Positions 1-10,270 of a DNA stretch of 64,000 nt are shown in pieces (the stretch's first letter is position 1; each line of letters opens with the position of its first letter). The stretch lies in the NCBI GenBank assembly GCA_028692545.1, contig JAQUXC010000002.1, positions 28,082 to 92,081 on the forward strand, given 5' to 3'. The notes beneath the pieces are model-generated. The model was not told where the DNA came from, did not search any database, and saw only the letters and a program-made list of their open reading frames with translations. Both the position numbers and the translations under genes were made by a program. The stretch is from Patescibacteria group bacterium (GTDB taxonomy: Bacteria > Patescibacteriota > Patescibacteriia > UBA1558 > S5-K13).

Positions 1-1775
1 ATTGTGGACCTACCGCTCATATAGAATCAGATTATAATGGCCAATGTCCTCCTTCTGGATATGGTCCTGATCCAGCAAAATGTTGTATACCAAACTGTTC
101 AGGTGATGAGTCATGTCCTCCATGTTATTCATGTAAAGCTATGACAGGTGGTTTTACTGGATACAGATGCGAATTAAAACCTTTAGAACGCAATAAATGT
201 GGTGATTTATGTGGCTTTTGTGATAGTAATGGTACTTGTACAAATCCTAGTAGTCTTGTTTGTTATGGCACATGTGGTACAAATGCATATCCAGGACAAT
301 GTTCTACTTCAGACTGTGAAGACTATAATTATATAGAAAATACAATTTTTAATAATACTTGTGAATCTGGGTCTCATTGTTGTTCACCTAAATGTACCAG
401 TAATGAAGACTGCCCTGCTTGTTATTCATGTAATACTAGTAGTCATCTATGTGAAATAAATAATGCTGACAATAATAAATGTGATAGCAGTTCATGTAAT
501 CATTGTATTGGTGGCTTCTGTAGCGGATGTATTGATGGACATATTTGTATCGAAGATTTAGATTCTTGCGTTCCATCTTGTTCTACTAAAAATGGTGTTT
601 GTAGAAACCTGTGTCGTGCTAATGAAATTTTCAGCGACCCTAACGTTCTTGATGATTGCACCAACTCTGGAAAAATTTGTTGTATTGGGGGTGATAACGA
701 CACAGGAACACCATGTGCAGATCAAGGTGGAACATGTGTAGATTCTGGTACATGCGTCGGAGTGCCTGAAATAATTACTGAATGCGATGAAATAGCTGGA
801 AAAGTATGTTGCACAACTCCTTGTGTAACAGACTTTAAAGGCAAATGTGAAACAACTACCTACATACCTGAAATAGGAGAATATCCTATAGATGCTATAA
901 CAGAATGTGACTCTCTAAATAAAAAATGTTATACAAAGAAATGCTCTGGAGATGTGTTTACAGGATGGTGTCCAGAGGGATCTACATGCAATCTTGGTAA
1001 TTGTGAAATAGCTGATTCCGAATGTAAAAAAACAGAAGGATTTGTGCTAGTACCAAGAGGAACTGAATGTCCTGCTGGTAAAATAGAAAATGAATCATTT
1101 ACAGCTTCATTAGCAGAAAGCGATGCTGATAAAATTTGTTGCGTACCTTTTACAGAAACAGTGATAGTAGAAACAAGTATGTTTTTTCAAGGTATTGGAA
1201 ATGAATGTATGAACAATGGAAATTGTAGTGTAAACGATATACTAAATGTTGTAATAAATATAACAAAATTTTTGACAGGTATAATAGGAAGTATAGCTTT
1301 GTTGTTTTTCATAATTTCTGGAGTAATGATGATATTTTCTGGTGGAAGTGAAGAAAAAGTAACAAAAGCAAAAACTATGATGACTCAAACTGTAATAGGA
1401 TTATTTATATTTCTAGGTGCATTTATGATAGTATCCTTTATACAAAACAGCTTAGATATAGGAAATCAATATAAAATAACGAGTGCACCACCACAAATGG
1501 TAGAAGTAGTGGTGGAAGAAGAAGAGGAAGAAGAGCAACGACCATGTGAAACAGATCCTGTTCACTGGAGATGTAATTCTGCGCATCCAGGATGGAAGTG
1601 TAGAACATTTACCAATACTACTGTCCGTGATGATCTTGTAGATGTAGATAGATGTGATGACAACAACCATTGCCCAGATGATTCTAATACAATATGTTGT
1701 GCCAATGATGTTACAGAAGGATCTATTTATAGTGGCAATAAGACTTGCCCATGCACAGGCAATTGCACATATTAA
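1..1775 (+). CDS. Cys-rich secreted/membrane protein, 5'-truncated at the window edge, with an embedded TrbC/VirB2-like pilin hairpin. The frame is open from nt 3, so the true start lies upstream.
   Basis: Repeated CPxCYSC and CxxC modules. An internal two-helix hydrophobic segment, IISGVMMIFSGGSEEKVTKAKTMMTQTVIGLFIFLGAF, matches the motif of the downstream pilin paralogues. A poly-Glu linker and a second Cys-rich C-terminal domain follow. Confidence 0.7.
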   Translation, partial: CGPTAHIESDYNGQCPPSGYGPDPAKCCIPNCSGDESCPPCYSCKAMTGGFTGYRCELKPLERNKCGDLCGFCDSNGTCTNPSSLVCYGTCGTNAYPGQCSTSDCEDYNYIENTIFNNTCESGSHCCSPKCTSNEDCPACYSCNTSSHLCEINNADNNKCDSSSCNHCIGGFCSGCIDGHICIEDLDSCVPSCSTKNGVCRNLCRANEIFSDPNVLDDCTNSGKICCIGGDNDTGTPCADQGGTCVDSGTCVGVPEIITECDEIAGKVCCTTPCVTDFKGKCETTTYIPEIGEYPIDAITECDSLNKKCYTKKCSGDVFTGWCPEGSTCNLGNCEIADSECKKTEGFVLVPRGTECPAGKIENESFTASLAESDADKICCVPFTETVIVETSMFFQGIGNECMNNGNCSVNDILNVVINITKFLTGIIGSIALLFFIISGVMMIFSGGSEEKVTKAKTMMTQTVIGLFIFLGAFMIVSFIQNSLDIGNQYKITSAPPQMVEVVVEEEEEEEQRPCETDPVHWRCNSAHPGWKCRTFTNTTVRDDLVDVDRCDDNNHCPDDSNTICCANDVTEGSIYSGNKTCPCTGNCTY

Positions 1776-1809
1776 ATAAATTAAATTAATATTTATAAAT
1801 ATTACCAAC

Positions 1810-2163
1810 ATGAAAAACAAACTAATCAAAAAAAATATTCTATCTTTTCTTATAATACTTGTGGGATTATTTGTATTCCAAAATATATGTCTTGCTGCTA
1901 CACTCACAAATCCACTTGACCCACAAGGCACAGGATTAACAGTTGCCCAATTAATAGGAAAAATTATAAGGGCAATACTTGGTATTGTAGGGTCTCTATC
2001 ATTACTAATGTTTATATATGGTGGCGTCTCTTGGATGACAGCAGGTGGAAGTGAAGAGAAAGCAAAAAAGTCAAAACAAATTTTGGTCAATGCTGCTCTC
2101 GGTATAGTAATAATATTTTCAAGCTACTCAATTCTCAATTGGATATTTGCTATTATACAATAA
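1810..2163 (+). CDS. TrbC/VirB2-like (CPR T4SS-pilin-like) small membrane protein, paralogue 1
   Basis: Signal-peptide-like N-terminus and C-terminal hydrophobic hairpin with conserved G-G-x-x-W-M-T-A-G-G-S-E-E-K motif. Confidence 0.75.
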   Translation: MKNKLIKKNILSFLIILVGLFVFQNICLAATLTNPLDPQGTGLTVAQLIGKIIRAILGIVGSLSLLMFIYGGVSWMTAGGSEEKAKKSKQILVNAALGIVIIFSSYSILNWIFAIIQ

Positions 2164-2241
2164 AAATATTTGTGAATAAATAAAAAAAATAGTATAATCT
2201 TTATATAAAATAAATTAATTAATTCTCATCTATAAATTTAT

Positions 2242-2655
2242 ATGATGGGAAAGAAAGGACAATTAAAAATGTCAAAAACAGTAAAACACATCGTAAGTTT
2301 CATGTTGATACTTGTGATGTCATCATTTATTGTGATGAATGTAAGCGCAGTAACAAGCATGACTGGAACAGGAGCTGTTACTATTCCTACAGTTGGAAGA
2401 TTAGGAACAAATGATATCGATACAACAGCTACAACAATAATAAACTCTGCTTTAGTATTGTTGGGTCTTGTAGCATTAGTAATAGTACTAATGGGTGGAT
2501 TCAAATGGATGACTAGTGCTGGAAATGAAGAAAAAGTAGGAGAAGCAAAAAAACTATTAGGCGCTGGAGTAATAGGGCTTATAATAGTATTTGCTGCTTG
2601 GGGTATAGCAAACTTTATAATGAATGCTGCACAATCAGCTGCAACAACCACATAA
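2242..2655 (+). CDS. TrbC/VirB2-like pilin paralogue 2. The start may instead be 2269 (MSKTVKH), which has an AAAGGA upstream.
   Basis: GGFKWMTSAGNEEK motif plus two hydrophobic helices. Confidence 0.7.
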   Translation: MMGKKGQLKMSKTVKHIVSFMLILVMSSFIVMNVSAVTSMTGTGAVTIPTVGRLGTNDIDTTATTIINSALVLLGLVALVIVLMGGFKWMTSAGNEEKVGEAKKLLGAGVIGLIIVFAAWGIANFIMNAAQSAATTT

Positions 2656-2716
2656 TCAGCGTATATTTTAAACTCAACCCTAAACCTAGACAAAATAAAT
2701 GGTTTAGGGCTGGAAT

Positions 2717-3133
2717 TTGAAATATAAAACTATGAAACTTACAAAAAAAATATTTATTTTTATTTATTTACTTATTTTAGTCAATTTTTTTCAGATTACA
2801 CTATTTACAGCAAAGGCAATTGAAACACCAGCGGGTGGAAGTTATGGACTTACTGACACAGCTAGACAAGCAGGACTTACTGAGGATGGAAAAGTAGAAC
2901 AACCACAAGACATAGCTTCAAGAATAGTAGGTTTTATTCTTGCATTTGTAGGCGTAATAATACTAAACAATATGATATTTGCAGGATATGCATGGATGAC
3001 AGCAGGTGGAAGCGAAGAAAAAATAAAAGCTGCAAAGCAAAAAATGACAAATTCAATAATAGGATTAATTATAATCTTAGCTTCATATATCATAGTAAAT
3101 AGTGTCTTGGGGCTTCTCAACCAAGTCTTATGA
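2717..3133 (+). CDS. TrbC/VirB2-like pilin paralogue 3
   Basis: AGYAWMTAGGSEEK motif. Its stop overlaps the next start (ATGA). Confidence 0.7.
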   Translation: MKYKTMKLTKKIFIFIYLLILVNFFQITLFTAKAIETPAGGSYGLTDTARQAGLTEDGKVEQPQDIASRIVGFILAFVGVIILNNMIFAGYAWMTAGGSEEKIKAAKQKMTNSIIGLIIILASYIIVNSVLGLLNQVL

Positions 3134-3531
3134 TAAAAAACAAAATAATAACTTTTATTATATTAATTTCTATTAGCACTCCTCTCCTAGTTGGTGCTGC
3201 AATACCAATATTACAAAGCGGTGCTGAGGTTCAAAAAGATTTAGACACATCTGCAGAAATACAAGGCTTCAATACATACTCCCAAAATGAAATGATGTCG
3301 GTAAGAATGAAAACTATAAATACAATAATATCTTATGCGCTAAGCTTTATAGGTATAATATTTCTTATAAATATAATAATCGGCGGATTCAAATGGATGA
3401 CTGCAGGTGGAAATGAAGAAAAAATCACCAGCGCAAAACACACTGTAAATAATTCTATACTAGCACTCATTATAGTACTCGGTGCATATATAATAAGTAA
3501 TCTTATAACACAACTAATATCATTATTTTAA
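3130..3531 (+). CDS. TrbC/VirB2-like pilin paralogue 4
   Basis: GGFKWMTAGGNEEK motif. Confidence 0.7.
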   Translation: MIKNKIITFIILISISTPLLVGAAIPILQSGAEVQKDLDTSAEIQGFNTYSQNEMMSVRMKTINTIISYALSFIGIIFLINIIIGGFKWMTAGGNEEKITSAKHTVNNSILALIIVLGAYIISNLITQLISLF

Positions 3532-3540
3532 TTTAATATT

Positions 3541-3969
3541 ATGTTCAAAAAAATTACACTTTCTCTAATAACAATTACAGTAATTATATCTATATTTCAA
3601 TTAAGCATTCCAACAACACAAGCTACGGGAACTGGTGGCAATACTTCTATACCAAATATACCAAATTTAAAAAATAGCAAAACCATATTAGATACATCTG
3701 CTGTTATGATAGGATTTGATACAAGTAAAAGTATAGAAGCAACTATTGGAAATGTTATAAAAATAGCATTGTCTCTTATAGGAATATTGTTTTTGATACT
3801 TATTATAATAGCTGGATTTCAATGGATGACAGCAGGTGGAAATGAAGAAACGGTTACTAAATCAAAAGCAAGAATAAAAAATAGTGCAAATGGACTTCTT
3901 ATAATACTTGGTGCATATATGGTAACTTACTTTATATTAGATATAGTTTTAAAACAAACATTAAAATAA
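3541..3969 (+). CDS. TrbC/VirB2-like pilin paralogue 5
   Basis: AGFQWMTAGGNEET motif. The DNA is near-identical to paralogues 6-8 across the motif. Confidence 0.7.
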   Translation: MFKKITLSLITITVIISIFQLSIPTTQATGTGGNTSIPNIPNLKNSKTILDTSAVMIGFDTSKSIEATIGNVIKIALSLIGILFLILIIIAGFQWMTAGGNEETVTKSKARIKNSANGLLIILGAYMVTYFILDIVLKQTLK

Positions 3970-3983
3970 ATTCAACTAATACC

Positions 3984-4020
3984 AGCTCAGTCGAGTTAAA
4001 CCCGATCAACTGGTTGAGCT
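3984..4020. repeat. Imperfect palindrome containing CAGTCGAGTTAAAC(C/T)CGATCA; a member of a three-copy intergenic motif
   Basis: Inverted repeat agctcagtcgagtt/aactggttgagct. Related copies lie at 7681-7722 (minus orientation) and 45485-45510. Confidence 0.5.
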
Positions 4021-4029
4021 AAAAAATAT

Positions 4030-4446
4030 ATGAAAAAAAATATAACAAAATATTTACTAACACTAATAATTACTATATTTGTTTTTAATATTATCTTGAC
4101 TCCTATAAGTCACGCTGTTACGGGTGTTTCTGGATCAGACACTACTTCAGCACAAATAATGAAAAATCTTCAAACAACTGCAGTGACTAGCGCTGGATAT
4201 AAACAAGGTGATGTTGTAAGTACAATAGCAATTATAGTAAGAATTGTACTTAGCTTGCTTGGAGTATTTTTCCTCATACTTATAATAATGGGCGGATTTC
4301 AATGGATGAGTGCAGGTGGAAATGAAGAAACAGTTACGAAGGCTAGAAAAAGGATAACAGATGCATCAATAGGTCTTGCTATTATAATATTTTCGTATTT
4401 AATATCAATGTTTATAATGGGATTCTTTTATTCTGCTACAATTTAA
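4030..4446 (+). CDS. TrbC/VirB2-like pilin paralogue 6
   Basis: GGFQWMSAGGNEET motif. Confidence 0.7.
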   Translation: MKKNITKYLLTLIITIFVFNIILTPISHAVTGVSGSDTTSAQIMKNLQTTAVTSAGYKQGDVVSTIAIIVRIVLSLLGVFFLILIIMGGFQWMSAGGNEETVTKARKRITDASIGLAIIIFSYLISMFIMGFFYSATI

Positions 4447-4488
4447 TATAAATAAATATCCAGTTATAAAAACTGGACAATCATAACT

Positions 4489-4956
4489 ATGAATAAAAAA
4501 TTAGACGAAAAAATCATCAAAATATCGAAAAGTATAATTATTGTATTTATAATATTTTTTTCAATAACAAATATACAAAATATATTAGCCACTGGGACAG
4601 AACCAAATGATGCAATACTAAGTGGCGGTGAAAAATTACAACAATTTGCTGGTGAAGCTGGAATCAAACAATATACAGATCCAGTAGTAGTTATTACAAG
4701 TATAATAGGTTTTGCACTTGGATTTCTAGGGTTGTTTTTTTTGATACTTATACTGGTAGGTGGATTTCAATGGATGAGCTCTGCTGGAGAAGATGAAAAA
4801 ATAAACAAAGCAAAAGCAATTATAAAAAGTGCTACTATAGGATTGTTCATTGTACTTACTTCATGGATTATAGCAACTACTATTTTTGCATTAATTAATC
4901 ATGGTGCTGGCGGACCAGAAGCTTGGTGGGGTTTTGGATGGTCGTTTGGTTCTTAA
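4489..4956 (+). CDS. TrbC/VirB2-like pilin paralogue 7
   Basis: GGFQWMSSAGEDEK motif and a C-terminal Gly/Trp-rich tail. Confidence 0.7.
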   Translation: MNKKLDEKIIKISKSIIIVFIIFFSITNIQNILATGTEPNDAILSGGEKLQQFAGEAGIKQYTDPVVVITSIIGFALGFLGLFFLILILVGGFQWMSSAGEDEKINKAKAIIKSATIGLFIVLTSWIIATTIFALINHGAGGPEAWWGFGWSFGS

Positions 4957-4977
4957 TAAATTTCTATTTTTAAACTT

Positions 4978-5008
4978 TAAAGGGGAGCCATGCAACTCCC
5001 CTTTTTTA
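4978..5008. terminator. Bidirectional intrinsic terminator between the convergent pilin array and the 5020-5496 gene
   Basis: aaaggggag-ccatgcaa-ctcccctttttt: a GC stem flanked by an A-run and a T-run. Confidence 0.7.
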
Positions 5009-5019
5009 TTTACCTTAAA

Positions 5020-5496
5020 TTATTTTTTGTATTTTCCAAAGACCTCATCGATATCAATTACAATATCAACGGAATGACCTTGGAAATTTTCTTTTGTGGT
5101 GATACGAGGTATATTGATTTCAATATTGACTTTATAAGGATCCCTACCAAAAGACCTACAAACTTTTACAAAATCTGACATAGGTTCAGAAACTGTAAAA
5201 ATCCTACTTACCACAACACTATAACTTCCTGGTAATACATTATGCACAACAATATACGCTCCAGGCTCCAAATCTAAATTAACATCATTCCCATACCACC
5301 AATGACATGTAATATTATTAATGAAAATGTGGTATCTGGAATTCCCAGGGTTAGTGATGACAATGCTTTTATCCTTACTTTGCCTGGGGTTAACTTTTTT
5401 CATCATGCCATTAGACAGCTGATAATACTCAATATTTGAGCATATCAAAGTACCAAAAACTAACAACAAGATAGCTATTAAAAAGATGTGTTTCAT
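5020..5496 (-). CDS. Secreted hypothetical protein
   Basis: N-terminal signal peptide MKHIFLIAILLLVFGTLICS. Convergent with the pilin array. Confidence 0.55.
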   Translation of the reverse strand: MKHIFLIAILLLVFGTLICSNIEYYQLSNGMMKKVNPRQSKDKSIVITNPGNSRYHIFINNITCHWWYGNDVNLDLEPGAYIVVHNVLPGSYSVVVSRIFTVSEPMSDFVKVCRSFGRDPYKVNIEINIPRITTKENFQGHSVDIVIDIDEVFGKYKK

Positions 5497-5634
5497 TATT
5501 CCTCCATGTTATTTTTCGCTAAAGCTACGAATAACACATTTTTTATTTAGTTTTAATTTGTATTTATACCACAATATTTATATAATGTCAAATAATCATC
5601 GACCTATAACAAAAATTCCTATATAATAGGCAAT

Positions 5635-7665
5635 ATGGACAAAGTAGCAAAATTCATAAAACTTAGGTATTGGCTTATATTTACATTTTTTATATTTGTT
5701 TATATAGGAATTGTATTTTCATTTGTAATAATAAAATACAGCAATTTTGGATACAATTGCATGGATCTTGGTATATTCAACCAAGTCTTTTTTAATTCCT
5801 CAAACGGAAGCTTTTATTATTTTACAATTCACCCACATTCATATCTTGGAGATCATTTCAATCCATTTTTAATGCTACTACTTCCAATATATATGATATT
5901 CAAGTCTCCTCTTACACTATTGTTTTTACAAACTCTCATAATAGCACTATGTGCAATACCAATACATCTAATAGCAAAACACAATCTAAACAAAACATGG
6001 GGACTTATTATTCCGATTCTATGGCTTATAAATCCCATTGCTATAAATATGAATTTTTTTGAATTTCATCTATTACCATTTGCAATGTTTTTTTTATTAT
6101 TCTGTGTATATTTTTATCAAAAAGAAAAATTTGGACTATTTGTACTTTTTACTATTTTATCACTTAGTGTAAGAGAGGATGTGTTTTTGGCGGTTATAAT
6201 GTTTTCTATTTTGGCGCTAATACAAAAAAGAAAATTCAAATGGATATTATGGCCAACACTGGTATCCCTTATATATTTTCCCATAACTCAAATTATAATA
6301 TCAAAATATAATCCTGAAGGAAGAATAAAATTTGTACCATTTTACAATTGGCTTGGCGGAAATAATATAACAGAAATTACAAAAAATTATATCAACCATC
6401 CTATAAAAGTAATTCTTCATATATTTTCACTTTCAAATATGGTAATGATAATATCACTACTTATTTCATTTTTATTTATACCTCTTATTAGTCCTATATT
6501 TATGATTCTTGTTTTACTTATATTTTTACAATATGCACTTACCCAGCTCGGTGGCGGAGATTTAATTTACCAAACTCACTATGGGGCACTATTTATACCA
6601 GGGTTAGTAGGAGCTTATATATGTTCTATAAAATCCATATATAATAAAAATGAAAACAATACAAAATTAAAAAAAATTCTTCAAAAGAATAAAGAATTAA
6701 TTACTATATATATACTATCTGGGAGTATATTTTTATTATTCTTATTATCACCAATACAAATACAGAATTTTGAAAAAGTATATTATGACAAAAATGTAAA
6801 AAATATAAAACAAGAAATGGTAAATTATATACCAAAAAATGAAGTTGTTGCGTCTACATATGAATTCTTACCAGCATTATCAAGTAGGCTAAAATTATAT
6901 TCTCTAAATTATGCATATTCTGGATACAAGCAACTATCATACATTCCCTATGAATTACCAAAAGACACTGAATATATGATAATAAATTTTGATGATACTC
7001 TATCTTATAAAATTCAATATTTACAAGACGGAAATTATAATTACAAAAATTCTTATATAAATTGGCAAAATGTTTGGAAAAACAATAATTTTTCTCCAAT
7101 AAAAATAATAGACACTTATAGTTTATGGAAATATGATCCAAATATGGAACAAACAAACAAAAATAATGATTATAATTTTCCATTATACAAAGTGATCAGA
7201 GACAAGATAAATATAGGCAATGCAAGAAATGTAAATATAAACAATGAAATAACTTTTTTGGGTTGGGATAACATAGAAATAACAAGTATTAATAAATTTG
7301 AAAAAATAAATGCAAAAATAATCCCACTTGCATTATATTTCAAAAAAAGTAATACAGAAAAAATAGAAAAAGATTATGAATTACAATTAAGATTATCTTC
7401 AAAAAAAGTATTTAGAAACAAATTTGAAAAAATATATCCACTTACTTATGGATTTTATCCCACTTCAAAATGGAAAGATGATGAAATTATAAAAATAAAT
7501 TATTGGTTCCTTGTACCAGACAAACTATCAAATGAAGATTATAATATAGAAATAAATCTTGTAGACATAGAAGGGGATATAGTATTGGATAACCAAAAAT
7601 CTTTTATAAAAAAATATTCTAAGAAAGATATCCTAGAATCTACTATAAAAATTGAATTAGAATAA
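5635..7665 (+). CDS. Polytopic membrane protein with a large C-terminal extracytoplasmic domain, possibly a DUF2079/ArnT-like glycosyltransferase
   Basis: More than 10 predicted TM helices in the N-terminal 400 aa, then an Asn/Lys/Tyr-rich soluble domain. Only the membrane topology supports the family guess. Confidence 0.6.
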   Translation: MDKVAKFIKLRYWLIFTFFIFVYIGIVFSFVIIKYSNFGYNCMDLGIFNQVFFNSSNGSFYYFTIHPHSYLGDHFNPFLMLLLPIYMIFKSPLTLLFLQTLIIALCAIPIHLIAKHNLNKTWGLIIPILWLINPIAINMNFFEFHLLPFAMFFLLFCVYFYQKEKFGLFVLFTILSLSVREDVFLAVIMFSILALIQKRKFKWILWPTLVSLIYFPITQIIISKYNPEGRIKFVPFYNWLGGNNITEITKNYINHPIKVILHIFSLSNMVMIISLLISFLFIPLISPIFMILVLLIFLQYALTQLGGGDLIYQTHYGALFIPGLVGAYICSIKSIYNKNENNTKLKKILQKNKELITIYILSGSIFLLFLLSPIQIQNFEKVYYDKNVKNIKQEMVNYIPKNEVVASTYEFLPALSSRLKLYSLNYAYSGYKQLSYIPYELPKDTEYMIINFDDTLSYKIQYLQDGNYNYKNSYINWQNVWKNNNFSPIKIIDTYSLWKYDPNMEQTNKNNDYNFPLYKVIRDKINIGNARNVNINNEITFLGWDNIEITSINKFEKINAKIIPLALYFKKSNTEKIEKDYELQLRLSSKKVFRNKFEKIYPLTYGFYPTSKWKDDEIIKINYWFLVPDKLSNEDYNIEINLVDIEGDIVLDNQKSFIKKYSKKDILESTIKIELE

Positions 7666-7680
7666 ACTTTTACAGTTTAA

Positions 7681-7722
7681 CCGGCTGATCGAGTTTAACT
7701 CGACTGAGTTGATCTTAGCTGG
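7681..7722. terminator. Hairpin plus T-run between convergent genes; carries the palindromic motif tcgagtttaactcga
   Basis: ccggctgatcgagtttaactcgactgagttgatcttagctgg followed by atttatttttt. Confidence 0.5.
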
Positions 7723-7724
7723 AT

Positions 7725-8423
7725 TTATTTTTTGAATTTCAATCTCAACATATTTACAAGAAAATAAAATACTTCACCAAACCCCAATTTTGAAACTCCT
7801 TTTTGCCTATCCACGAATGTAATTGGAATTTCTTTTATTTTAAAATTATTTCTCTCTAACAAATATATCATTTCTTCCTGAAAAGAATAACCATTACTTT
7901 TTATATTATTTAAATCTATTACATCAAACACTCTTTTGTGATAACATCTAAAACCGCCTGTTACATCTTTTGTTTTTAGACCAAGAAATAATCTAGAAAA
8001 ATCTTGAGCCGCTCGAGACATAAACTTTCTTTTGAAACTCCAGCCTATCACTCCTCCACCCTTTACTCTTCTAGAACCAAGACACATATCTGCACCGTTT
8101 TTTACACCATCAATAAGATTTGGTATCTTGTTTGGAAAATGAGAAAAATCGGCATCCATTTCCATCAACATATCAGCATTATGAGACAGTGCATATTTAA
8201 ATCCTGCCACATAAGCACTACCAAGACCGAGTTTTTCTGGTCTTTTTATAATTTCTACTGGATATTTACTAATCAAAGATTCTACGATTTCGGCTGTACC
8301 ATCTGGAGAATTGTCATCTACTACCAAAATATGAAGATCTTCAATATCTTGCTCACAGATTTTCTCTATAAGAGCTCCAATATTGTCCTTTTCTTTATAA
8401 GTTGGTATCACTATATAAACCAT
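7725..8423 (-). CDS. GT2 polyprenol-phosphate mannosyl/glucosyltransferase (Dpm1/GtrB-like)
   Basis: N-terminal IVIPTYKEKDNI, VVDDNSPDGT and DADFSH motifs typical of GT-A Dpm1-like enzymes. Confidence 0.8.
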   Translation of the reverse strand: MVYIVIPTYKEKDNIGALIEKICEQDIEDLHILVVDDNSPDGTAEIVESLISKYPVEIIKRPEKLGLGSAYVAGFKYALSHNADMLMEMDADFSHFPNKIPNLIDGVKNGADMCLGSRRVKGGGVIGWSFKRKFMSRAAQDFSRLFLGLKTKDVTGGFRCYHKRVFDVIDLNNIKSNGYSFQEEMIYLLERNNFKIKEIPITFVDRQKGVSKLGFGEVFYFLVNMLRLKFKK

Positions 8424-8467
8424 AAAATTTCATGTTAATACAAGTATATAATTAATTACATTATTTT

Positions 8468-10264
8468 TCAATATCCCACTATTCCCTTACAATTATTATA
8501 TATATCCAAAAATTCAAATTGAGTAATATTTTTTTTGTTTTTCTCATATTTATCACTTAAAATATCAAAATAATAAGCTTCTTTCCTTCTAATATTATAA
8601 ATATAATGTTTATTATTATAAAAAAAAGTTATATATTTATCTGAATAAGGCTGAACTGATATAGAACAATTTTCTATATCTGATTCTTTTTTATTATTCA
8701 ATAAATTTTGATAAAAAGAATTCCCTAAATATTCATTGCCTGTTTTTATACTAAGTAAATCCAAAACTGTTTTTAAAAAATCTAACTCACTATATGAATC
8801 TGAGACTCTATTTTTTAAATCAAAATAATTAGCTTCATTTCCGAAATATAAAAATGCAAAAGGTATATGAAAATTTTCCATATAAGCATTACTCTCATTT
8901 ATAATATTTCCATAATGATATCCAAGGGGCCAACTATGATCACTAAAAATAAAAATGTATTTATCCTTTTTGTCATTTTTTAATTCTTCTAAAATAATTT
9001 TAAGGTATTGATCTTGTATATATATTGTATTTTTCATTTTATCTGTTATAGATCTAGTATTTTTTATAGGTAAATCAAAACTCTTATCATAAACAATAAA
9101 TGGATAATGATTGGTCGTAGAAACTGCTATATAAACAAATTTTCTATTATTTCCATATTCCTGAAGATATCCATAAACCCTTTTATAAAAAAAATCTTCT
9201 CTAAATCCCCAATCATATTGCATATCTTCATTTTCCATTATGTCAGCATTGTGAGTTTCTTGGAATCCTATATTAGACATGAATTGACCTGTCTTACTAA
9301 ATTCCAAATTATGACTTTTGAAAAATAAAGTTTTATAACCATACTTATCAAGAATTTTTGGTATACAAATTAATTTTTTTTCATCTAATCCTATCCTAAA
9401 GCGTGCATCCATTGATGGTGGTAATGCACATAAAATAGACTCCTGTGATTTTAATGTTTGCACAGAATTACTAAAAAAATTATTAAAAATAATACCATTT
9501 TTAGAAGAATATTTTTCAAAATTAGGAATTATAGATTGATTTATCAAATCACTATTTACACTCTCCAAATGTATAAAATATATATCCGGTAAAGAGTGGT
9601 TTTCATCTCTTATAAAGTTATCTAAATCGAAATTCATATATCTTTGAATTATAGCAGAATAATCCTTTTGATATTGACTATACACAACATCTTTACCAGT
9701 AAAAAATTGACCTACAAAATCCGAAAAAATACTTTTTTCAAATTTAAAATGAAATTGCACTCCAACCAAAAGAATAAGCAACAATAATAAAAAAAATATT
9801 ATATATTTTAAGTCATTTCTATTAATATTTTTTATTCTTGACAAAAAATTTACAGAAATGAAGAATGATACTATAAATAAAATAAGAAAAAAAAGAGACA
9901 TAAAAAGCTCCATATTATTAACTACTGTAAATATTGTAAAAAAAGAATCTCTAAAGTTATCTATAAAAAAATCTAAATTAAAAAATCCTAATGTAGTAAC
10001 CAAATAAATAAGTAAAAAAAATAATACAAAATAATACAAACACGATGCTATAAACAAAAAATACCAAAAATATATATTTTTTTTATTCCTTTGAAAATAA
10101 GAAAAAAATAAAAATGGCATTATACATAATATAAAACTAGTAATAATTCTAAAAATATTTTCTATTCCCCCTACTAAAAAATTTGTATGAGTAAACTGTA
10201 TTTCAAAAAAATAAAACACTAAAATATAAAATGCAAAAATAAATAAAAAAATTATATTTTTCAT
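8468..10264 (-). CDS. LtaS-like sulfatase-family phosphoglycerol/phosphoethanolamine transferase
   Basis: About five N-terminal TM helices, then an alkaline-phosphatase-superfamily domain with IYFIHLESVNS and SDHSWPLG. Confidence 0.55.
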   Translation of the reverse strand: MKNIIFLFIFAFYILVFYFFEIQFTHTNFLVGGIENIFRIITSFILCIMPFLFFSYFQRNKKNIYFWYFLFIASCLYYFVLFFLLIYLVTTLGFFNLDFFIDNFRDSFFTIFTVVNNMELFMSLFFLILFIVSFFISVNFLSRIKNINRNDLKYIIFFLLLLLILLVGVQFHFKFEKSIFSDFVGQFFTGKDVVYSQYQKDYSAIIQRYMNFDLDNFIRDENHSLPDIYFIHLESVNSDLINQSIIPNFEKYSSKNGIIFNNFFSNSVQTLKSQESILCALPPSMDARFRIGLDEKKLICIPKILDKYGYKTLFFKSHNLEFSKTGQFMSNIGFQETHNADIMENEDMQYDWGFREDFFYKRVYGYLQEYGNNRKFVYIAVSTTNHYPFIVYDKSFDLPIKNTRSITDKMKNTIYIQDQYLKIILEELKNDKKDKYIFIFSDHSWPLGYHYGNIINESNAYMENFHIPFAFLYFGNEANYFDLKNRVSDSYSELDFLKTVLDLLSIKTGNEYLGNSFYQNLLNNKKESDIENCSISVQPYSDKYITFFYNNKHYIYNIRRKEAYYFDILSDKYEKNKKNITQFEFLDIYNNCKGIVGY

Positions 10265-10270
10265 CTTTAA

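Noticed and set aside
500-3120. Minus-strand ORFs 500-703, 1452-2090, 2238-2693 and 2842-3120 overlapping the Cys-rich and pilin genes
   Set aside because: These are antisense shadow ORFs inside well-supported plus-strand genes. They have low-complexity composition and no motifs.
4990-5178. 62-aa ORF 4990-5178 (+)
   Set aside because: It starts inside the terminator hairpin and lies antisense to the 5020-5496 gene.
8004-8438. ORF 8004-8438 (+) overlapping the GT2 gene
   Set aside because: An antisense shadow ORF of a gene with clear GT2 motifs.
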